DNA of 64,000 bases, from assembly GCA_963821095.1 (NCBI GenBank), contig CAWGCJ010000002.1, positions 360,954 to 424,953 on the forward strand. The letters are read 5' to 3'. Position 1 is the stretch's first letter. Each line of letters starts with the position of its first letter. Positions 58,671-64,000 of this stretch are shown here, one piece after another. This DNA is from an uncultured Acidimicrobiia bacterium. Its GTDB lineage: Bacteria; Actinomycetota; Acidimicrobiia; Spongiisociales; UBA5794. A program made the translations under genes and the position numbers. The notes below the pieces were generated by a model. The model saw nothing but the letters and a program-made list of their open reading frames with translations. It ran no database searches and was not told where the DNA came from.

Positions 58671-59897
58671 ATGGAACTCACCCCGATCGACATCGCCCAC
58701 GGCGGCGAGGCCGTCGCCCGCCACGACGGCAAGGCCCACTTCATCGCGGGCGCCATGCCGGGCGAGCGGGTCGAGGGCGACATCGTCCTCGACAAAGGCT
58801 CGTGGGCTCGCGTCGAAATCACCCGGGTGATCGAGGCGTCACCTCACCGGGTGACACCCGCCTGCCCCCACTTCGGGGAATGCGGGGGATGCCAATGGCA
58901 GTTCGCCGATTATCCGGCACAGCTCGACTGGAAGCATTCAATCGTTGCCGGGCAACTTACCCACCTCGGAAAGCTGACCGAGGCACCCGTGCGCGAGACC
59001 GTCGCCGTCGGGCCGCCCTATGGATACCGCAATCGAGTCGACTTTCGGGTCTTCGACGGCAAGCCCGCCCTGTATCGGCAGAAGTCGCGCCACCTGGTGC
59101 CGCTCGACGTGTGCCACTTGCTCCACCCGCTGCTCGCCGAGGTCTTCGACGCTCTCGGACCGCTCGACGGGGTTGAACGGCTCATCCTGCGCGCCGGCGT
59201 GACGACGGGTGAGCGGCTTGCGATCATCGAAGGGACGGTTCCCGACCAGATCGGCGACTGGGAATGCTCTGTGGCCCAACGTTCTCGTCACGGGCTCACC
59301 GTCATCTCGGGAACCGGCGAGATCCACGAAGAGATCGCAGGAGCCAGACTGCGGGTGACCGGCGGGGCCTTCTTCCAGAACAACACCGCAGGAGCCCAAG
59401 CTCTGGTGCGGCTCGTTACCGAGGCGACGGATCCGCTGCCCTATGAGACGGTGCTCGATGCCTATGCCGGGGGCGGTCTCTTCGGGGCCACGGTGGGCCG
59501 CACCGCGGGCCGGGTGATTGCGGTCGAGACCTCACCGCTTGCCGTCGCAGACCTCCGCCACAACCTGAAGGCTGCAGGGATCGAGGATCACCGCGTCGTG
59601 CGCGGCGAATTTGAGAAGGTAGCGGGGACGCTCGATGAGTATTGGGATGTCGCCATCATCGACCCACCGCGGGTCGGCTTGGGGATCGGCGGAGTGGCCG
59701 CAGTGACGGCCGCGTTCCCACGGGTGATCGCCTACGTGTCATGCGACCCGGCGAGCCTGGCTCGAGACCACCGCTACCTCGAAGACGCCGGATACGTTCT
59801 CGACTGGGCCACGCCGGTTGACCTCTTCCCTCAGACCTATCACGTTGAGACCGTCGCTAGGTACATCCGCGCCGGCGCCGCCGAAGAGAAGCTCTAG
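58671..59897 (+). CDS. rlmD: 23S rRNA (uracil-5)-methyltransferase, RlmD/RumA family (TRAM, Fe-S and MTase domains).
   Basis: The start MELTPIDIAHGGEAVARHDGKAHFI begins the TRAM domain. Cys cluster CPHFGECGGCQ, SAM motif LDAYAGGGLFG and catalytic VSCDPASLARD follow. Confidence 0.8.
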   Translation: MELTPIDIAHGGEAVARHDGKAHFIAGAMPGERVEGDIVLDKGSWARVEITRVIEASPHRVTPACPHFGECGGCQWQFADYPAQLDWKHSIVAGQLTHLGKLTEAPVRETVAVGPPYGYRNRVDFRVFDGKPALYRQKSRHLVPLDVCHLLHPLLAEVFDALGPLDGVERLILRAGVTTGERLAIIEGTVPDQIGDWECSVAQRSRHGLTVISGTGEIHEEIAGARLRVTGGAFFQNNTAGAQALVRLVTEATDPLPYETVLDAYAGGGLFGATVGRTAGRVIAVETSPLAVADLRHNLKAAGIEDHRVVRGEFEKVAGTLDEYWDVAIIDPPRVGLGIGGVAAVTAAFPRVIAYVSCDPASLARDHRYLEDAGYVLDWATPVDLFPQTYHVETVARYIRAGAAEEKL

Positions 59898-59914
59898 CTG
59901 GTTGGCAGGCGGTT

Positions 59915-60553
59915 CTAGATCTCGTCGAGCAGCGTCTGGCGCTTCTCGGCATATTCCTCGTCGGTGATGACGCCCTCCTTGTAGAGGCGAGCCAGCCGCT
60001 CCAACCGCTCGGTGGCGTCCGATTGAACCACGGTCGCGTCCTCGCTGGCGAGTTCCCGGGTGCGTTGCTCACGGACGCGATATAGCAGCGACTGGAATTC
60101 GTCGGGCCGCGGGATGTCCTGGAATCGGCTCTGGCCGCTCTCGCCGGCCGACTCGATCAGCAGATCACCTGCCTTGAGGATCCGCTCGAGGATGCCCTGG
60201 TTGAACACGACATTTGTGATGTTCTCGAGCGGAATCTCAATCCCGGAACGGGCAATCATCCCGCTGCGGGTGACCAACCGCTCGTTGGTGAGCACGTACT
60301 GGGTGAAGGCCCACTTCACAAACGGCCGGACCACCAGGTAGATCATGCCGATCCCGATGATGACTCCGGTGATGATGTCGGCAGTCGTGTTGTCGGGCCA
60401 CGCCCACTCCTGGAAGACGAGCACGATCAACACGAGGCCGAGAACGAACCAAAACACAGGTATGACGAGCAGCCGCCAGTGGGGACGGAACTCGGTGACG
60501 ATCTCTTCGCCCTCAGTGAGCAGTTTTTGTGGGTATCCCATGAGCATCATCAT
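59915..60553 (-). CDS. Membrane protein with a bacterial PH (bPH_2/YdbT-like) domain and a C-terminal SHOCT domain.
   Basis: The start is near MMMLMGYPQKLLTEGEEIVTEFRPHW. Two TM helices are present, and the SHOCT signature LERLARLYKEGVITDEEYAEKRQTLLDEI. Confidence 0.65.
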   Translation of the reverse strand: MMMLMGYPQKLLTEGEEIVTEFRPHWRLLVIPVFWFVLGLVLIVLVFQEWAWPDNTTADIITGVIIGIGMIYLVVRPFVKWAFTQYVLTNERLVTRSGMIARSGIEIPLENITNVVFNQGILERILKAGDLLIESAGESGQSRFQDIPRPDEFQSLLYRVREQRTRELASEDATVVQSDATERLERLARLYKEGVITDEEYAEKRQTLLDEI

Positions 60554-60638
60554 AGGTTGTGCGGGCCCAGCGAGCCTGCCAGGTGACGGAGGTCCGAGAC
60601 ACTCCACCTCGCACACGTTCCGAAGGGTCACGAACGCG

Positions 60639-60690
60639 AAAAACCCCGAGGAAGCTCCGGCCGAAGCCTTTGCCCTCTCGGGGTTTTCCC
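60639..60690 (-). terminator. Intrinsic terminator (unit 1). On the - strand a GC-rich stem encloses a GGC-UUCG-GCC hairpin and is followed by UUUUU.
   Basis: The - strand reads ccccgagagggcaaaggcttcggccggagcttcctcggggttttt. It is ~85% identical to the 61782..61835 copy. Confidence 0.6.
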
Positions 60691-60928
60691 AGTCGGCCAG
60701 CCTTGCGGCAAACCGACCGCCTCACCTCGGCCGAAGCCAGGGGTGCTGCCGGCCCATCGGGGTCCGGAGCGAGCCCGAAGGCCCGGTCCCGGACGACCCC
60801 TCTCGGGGAGTCCCGCCGCCCTTACGAGCGACGGTCCTTTCCGGACCGTACCGGGGCCCTCTCGAGCCACCGGCCCCGAGGCCCTTGCGGACCTCTGGGG
60901 TCGTTGGGTTGGTTTCCCTTCCCATCGA
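60691..60928 (-). ncRNA. Candidate structured 5' leader / cis-regulatory RNA (unit 1, ~290 nt including the terminator), upstream of the PH-SHOCT gene.
   Basis: It is dense in short GC stems. On the - strand it contains ggcUUCGgcc and gggcCUUCGggc, plus ggucc-GGAAA-ggacc. A promoter lies at its 5' end and a terminator at its 3' end. It contains no credible ORF. Confidence 0.4.
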
Positions 60929-60935
60929 CGAGCGC

Positions 60936-60965
60936 AATGTAGACCTTCATGATTGGTGTCGTCAA
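60936..60965 (-). promoter_or_regulatory. Candidate sigma-70-type promoter on the - strand: -35 TTGACG, 18-nt spacer, -10 TACATT.
   Basis: + strand cgtcaa at 60960-60965 and aatgta at 60936-60941. The architecture matches the unit-2 promoter. Confidence 0.4.
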
Positions 60966-60974
60966 GCGGAAACC

Positions 60975-61012
60975 GTGGTTGGATTTCGCGCTTCAGAGAT
61001 AAGTTTCGCGCG
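60975..61012. promoter_or_regulatory. X-box 1: conserved ~38-bp element with two TTTCGCG direct repeats spaced 21 bp apart, sitting just upstream of the unit-1 promoter.
   Basis: gtggttggatttcgcgcttcagagataagtttcgcgcg compared with gtagttggttttcgcgtttcgaagatagttttcgcga at 62319. Confidence 0.45.
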
Positions 61013-61050
61013 TCAAGCAACGACCGCTCAGAGGCTCTACATTCCCCCAG

Positions 61051-61681
61051 CTACTGGCGAGATCTGCAGCCGGGAAACGACTCGAGCACCACCACAACGG
61101 CGTCGTCGCCCGGTCCAGAAAACAAGCCCCTGAGGTATTGGGTTTGATCGGGGTCGATGGTGAAGCCCCACACTTCGGTGCTGAGATCCTCCTCCTCGAA
61201 GATCCGGCCGCCGTAGACGGCGTTGAGTTCAGCCCGCGTTGACCCAAGCCCGATGCCTTCCAACGTCCTGAGGTCGAGTTCCCTGCTGTCGGCTCCCGAT
61301 GCTCCCAATGCCGGGTCGTACCCATAGGTCCAAGCAAAGAACTCCTGATTGCCCGCGCCATCATCGGAGAACAGCGCGACCAGGCTCCCCCAGGTGACTC
61401 CCCGGGTCGAGCGCGCCGGGGCATTCACCGAAGATGGGGTCTGCGGTCCACTGATAGTCCTCATCGGGTCCACCGATTGCGGCGGTGAATGCCGCGATGG
61501 TCTCCTCCGGAGGTGTTCCGAAGTCGACGCTCCCGACGCCGGTTGGTGTCAGACTCAACTCCGAAGCCGGCGACGAGGATCCCGGCGTAGTCGTGGTGGT
61601 CGCCGACTCATTCCCCCCACAGGCGGCGAGCCACAACACCAACACCGGAATGACAACAAGAGTTCTGGCGCCCATCAGCAC
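61051..61681 (-). CDS. Lipoprotein of unknown function with an apparent frameshift near 61430.
   Basis: The N-terminal part (ORF 61361..61681) reads MLMGARTLVVIPVLVLWLAACGGNES... with an LAAC lipobox and a ggggg RBS. The C-terminal part is in ORF 61051..61473 (...FAWTYGYDPALGASGADSRELDLRTLEGIGLGSTRAELNAVYGGRIFEEEDL...). Confidence 0.55.
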
Positions 61682-61781
61682 AAACGTTACCCCCGCTTGG
61701 GCCGACCGGACGCGAACAGAGAACCATCCGGGTACCGGGTGCCCGGAAGCGCCGAAGGCGAAGCCGCCGCGTCATACGGAA

Positions 61782-61835
61782 AAACCCCGAGGGAGCCCTG
61801 CCGAAGCACTGCCCTCTCGGGGTTGTTTCCCGGCC
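61782..61835 (-). terminator. Intrinsic terminator (unit 2), ~100 nt upstream of the lipoprotein start.
   Basis: The - strand reads ccccgagagggcagtgcttcggcagggctccctcggggttttt. Confidence 0.6.
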
Positions 61836-62272
61836 CTTTGCCGTTCGATCTTGCGATCGATCGCCGCCGGGCGTTTCGAAGCGTCCTTGCGGTCGCTCCG
61901 ATCCCGTTCGGTACACCGAGGTGTCCGATCGGGGTGATCTTCAGAAGCCCGTCGACCGAAGCCGCCGGTTCCCCCGAGGGGGTCCCCTTCCGATCTGCCT
62001 CCGGGTGAGAACCGAAGTTCTTGCCCGTCGGCATCCTTCCGTTTCCGGAAGACCCCTTCAGTGATGCCGAAGCCTCACCGTTGAGGTGTGGTCCGCGTCT
62101 TCCCTTGCACCTGCGGTTTCCCGCTGGTCCGCTGGGTCGCCTCGGACCGATCCTGTGGAGACCGAAGCCTCTCCAGGTGTCGGGGAGACCTTGCGGCCGT
62201 CCCGACTCCCTCCGGTTGGACCGAAGCCCTTCCGGTGGGTTTCCACTCCCGGAGCCGAAGCGCCGGTTGAGG
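61836..62272 (-). ncRNA. Candidate structured 5' leader / cis-regulatory RNA (unit 2, ~490 nt including the terminator), upstream of the frameshifted lipoprotein gene.
   Basis: On the - strand there are at least 8 C-UUCG-G tetraloop hairpins (e.g. gaacUUCGguuc, ggagaggcUUCGgucucc, ccggcgcUUCGgcuccgg), plus GAAA-loop hairpins. It contains no credible ORF. Confidence 0.4.
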
Positions 62273-62279
62273 AAGCGCA

Positions 62280-62309
62280 AAGGTACGACATCGCTCCGAC
62301 CCGCGTCAA
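62280..62309 (-). promoter_or_regulatory. Candidate sigma-70-type promoter on the - strand: -35 TTGACG, 18-nt spacer, -10 TACCTT.
   Basis: + strand cgtcaa at 62304-62309 and aaggta at 62280-62285. Confidence 0.4.
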
Positions 62310-62318
62310 CCCAGATCT

Positions 62319-62356
62319 GTAGTTGGTTTTCGCGTTTCGAAGATAGTTTTCGCGAG
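62319..62356. promoter_or_regulatory. X-box 2, paralogous to X-box 1. It also lies ~100 bp upstream of the + strand nuclease gene.
   Basis: See X-box 1. Confidence 0.45.
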
Positions 62357-62458
62357 TGGACCTATTCGCCTCGGTTCGGCCCCTTTTCCGCTCCCAAACC
62401 GGCACCAAAACTACATCAATGTGGTTTTCGTCACACCGGTCCCGTATGATCGATTCTG

Positions 62459-63289
62459 ATGAGCATCGAGACCTTGCCGACCAAACCACCGGAGTTATTG
62501 CAGACTCTCTCGCCGAGCCGCGCCAGCGACTTCAAGGTGTGCCCGCAACTCTTCAAGTTCCGTGCGATTGACCGGATCGACATGCCCGCTACGGTGCACC
62601 AAGCGCGGGGAACCACAGCCCACCTCGCCCTCCAGCGACTCTTCGACGACGCACCCGAAGCGCGCACACCGGAACGACTCTTCGATCTCTTCCGCGAAGC
62701 GTGGGGCGAACTGCGCGGCAACGAGGAGTACGGCGCCCTGTTCGAGAGCGTCGAAGCGGAACGGGAGTGGGGCATCCAGAGCATGGGGGTGCTTGCCAAT
62801 TACTTCGGGATCGAGGACCCCCGCACGTTCGAGCCGCTCGACCGAGAACTCGACATGCTCGAAGAACTCGATGGAATCACGATCCGGGGCATCCTCGACC
62901 GGATGGAGGAGGGTCCAGACGGTGTCATCATCACGGACTACAAGACGGGTAGGGCACCCCCGGAGCGCTACGCCATCCCGGCCTTCTTCGCCCTCAAGAT
63001 CTACGCGCTCCTGATCCGGCAACGCACCGGGCAGACCCCAGTCGGGCTCAAGCTGATGTACCTCAACGGGCCGACCGTCTACGAGATCCCCGTCAATGAC
63101 ACCCAACTCGACGCCATGGACCGACAGCTGCGTGCCTTGTGGGCGGCCATCAATCGCGCCATCACAACGGAGACCTTCCCTCCCCGGCCCGGCAGGCTCT
63201 GCAACTGGTGCCAGTACCGCGACCTCTGCCCGGCCTTTGTGGACACCACGGCATCGGATGACGCTGCGCCGCTCCAGGCGGTGGGCTGA
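62459..63289 (+). CDS. PD-(D/E)XK nuclease superfamily protein (RecB/Cas4-like fold with a C-terminal Cys cluster).
   Basis: The 276-aa ORF has the nuclease core (...IRGILDRMEEGPDGVIITDYKTG...), a QxxxY-like region, and C-terminal CNWCQYRDLC. A TATGAT -10-like hexamer lies 14 nt upstream of the ATG. Confidence 0.7.
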   Translation: MSIETLPTKPPELLQTLSPSRASDFKVCPQLFKFRAIDRIDMPATVHQARGTTAHLALQRLFDDAPEARTPERLFDLFREAWGELRGNEEYGALFESVEAEREWGIQSMGVLANYFGIEDPRTFEPLDRELDMLEELDGITIRGILDRMEEGPDGVIITDYKTGRAPPERYAIPAFFALKIYALLIRQRTGQTPVGLKLMYLNGPTVYEIPVNDTQLDAMDRQLRALWAAINRAITTETFPPRPGRLCNWCQYRDLCPAFVDTTASDDAAPLQAVG

Positions 63290-63326
63290 GCGGCCGAGTG
63301 CCCAAGCCTTTGGTCTGGGAGCACCA

Positions 63327-63815
63327 ATGAACCACACCACCACACCAACCATCTACACCATCGGACACGGCGCCCTGCCCTTCTCCGACCTCGAACGCCG
63401 CCTTGCCATTCACCATGTTCACAGCATTGTCGACGTGCGCTCGATCCCCTACTCGAAGCACGCTCCCGACTTTCGGAAGAAGCCGCTTGCTGGTATCGCT
63501 GCAGCCGCCGGGATCGGTTATCGGTGGCTCGGCGACCGCCTCGGAGGCCGACCCGACGACCCAACCCTGATCTCGGCCGACGGCCATCCTGACTACGAAC
63601 GGATCGCGGCAACACCGGCGTTTGCCGCCGGCCTCGACGAGATCGAAGCGCTCACCCAAACCAGCCGAGTTGCTGTGCTTTGCTCGGAGCTCGAACCCGA
63701 GGGCTGCCATCGCATGACACTCCTGTCCCCCGCACTCGAAGCGCGTGGCTTCCATGTCATGCATATCCAAGGCGACGGCTCCGGTCGGGCGCACCAGCCG
63801 GAGCTTGGAATCTGA
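63327..63815 (+). CDS. DUF488 family protein.
   Basis: The start MNHTTTPTIYTIGHGALPFSDLERRL...VDVRSIPYSKHAPDFRKKPL... matches the DUF488 N-terminal pattern (IYTIGHS...DVR..P.S). It lies within ORF 63096..63815. Confidence 0.75.
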   Translation: MNHTTTPTIYTIGHGALPFSDLERRLAIHHVHSIVDVRSIPYSKHAPDFRKKPLAGIAAAAGIGYRWLGDRLGGRPDDPTLISADGHPDYERIAATPAFAAGLDEIEALTQTSRVAVLCSELEPEGCHRMTLLSPALEARGFHVMHIQGDGSGRAHQPELGI

Positions 63816-63875
63816 TCACGCCGCCATCCCTCGGTAGCGCAGATTCCGTCACTCCCGGGCGATAGCGTGAGCGCC

Positions 63876-64000
63876 ATGGACAGTTCGCCTCAGACAGCCC
63901 CCTCCGCCGAGTGGAGGGTGGATCCCGCAGACTGGGAGGTGGCCGTCGGCCACACCGACGGCCCACAGATCGTGGTCGGCGGGCCGGGCACAGGGAAAAC
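63876..64000 (+). CDS. N-terminus of a P-loop NTPase, probably an SF1 (UvrD/RecD-like) helicase. It is truncated by the window end.
   Basis: My own translation gives MDSSPQTAPSAEWRVDPADWEVAVGHTDGPQIVVGGPGTGKT, with a Walker A motif at the window end. Confidence 0.45.
   Translation, partial: MDSSPQTAPSAEWRVDPADWEVAVGHTDGPQIVVGGPGTGK

Noticed and set aside
60640-62440. Possible tmRNA, RNase P RNA, SRP RNA or tRNA in the structured region
   Set aside because: I searched by eye for the tRNA-like T-loop GGTTCGA(A/T)TCC and its reverse complement, the RNase P P4 motif GGAAAGTCCGG, the SRP helix-8 GGTCCGGAAGGAAGCAGC, and the B12, TPP and T-box boxes. None was found. A cmscan run is still needed.
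61687-62489. Minus-strand ORFs 61687..62280 (197 aa) and 62058..62489 inside leader unit 2
   Set aside because: They are Gly/Arg/Pro-rich with no domain. They overlap the predicted promoter and terminator. The region is better explained as a structured RNA.
1-64000. CRISPR arrays, rRNA genes, IS elements and integrase genes
   Set aside because: There are no regularly spaced identical repeats and no transposase- or integrase-like ORFs. The only notable repeats are the 52-bp direct repeat pair near 39.1-39.8 kb and the paralogous leader modules near 60.6-62.4 kb.

Overview
High-GC (~68%) chromosomal segment, almost certainly from an actinobacterium, with dense coding on both strands. Gene order follows the conserved actinobacterial core: yraN-DUF2469-lepB-(alkA-like)-lepB-rplS-trmD ... 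rimM-KH-rpsP-ffh, then ftsY-smc-acyP, then mutM-rnc-plsX-rpmF-DUF177-coaD-rsmD-recG with divergent rpmB. An ~11 kb accessory block sits between trmD and rimM. It encodes a split FO synthase (cofG/cofH), a TetR regulator, an MFS transporter, a dehalogenase-like hydrolase, a VOC protein, an acyl-CoA synthetase and an acidic Pro-rich lipoprotein. Between ffh and ftsY lies a nucleoside-salvage and energy cluster: a GH13_18 sucrose-phosphorylase-family enzyme, an SPP-like HAD phosphatase, upp, a SAM methyltransferase, an alkyltransferase-like (ATL) protein, deoA, punA, etfBA, a flotillin-NfeD pair and cdd. Three non-genic observations stand out. (1) Near 60.6-62.4 kb, two paralogous units each carry an upstream direct-repeat box, a sigma-70-like promoter, a long UUCG-tetraloop-rich structured leader and an intrinsic terminator. 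One unit precedes a lipoprotein gene and the other a PH/SHOCT membrane-protein gene, making them candidate cis-regulatory RNAs. (2) A 640-bp, low-GC, strand-skewed segment is flanked by 52-bp direct repeats that duplicate the 3' end of a lipoprotein gene. (3) Frameshift-type disruptions are unusually frequent. All five genes called on the minus strand in the first 6.5 kb are affected, plus a lipoprotein gene at 61 kb, and recG-rsmD has no in-frame stop. This suggests either an indel-prone assembly or pseudogenisation. No rRNA, tRNA or CRISPR array was found. Many long ORFs in the six-frame track are antisense shadows of real genes.
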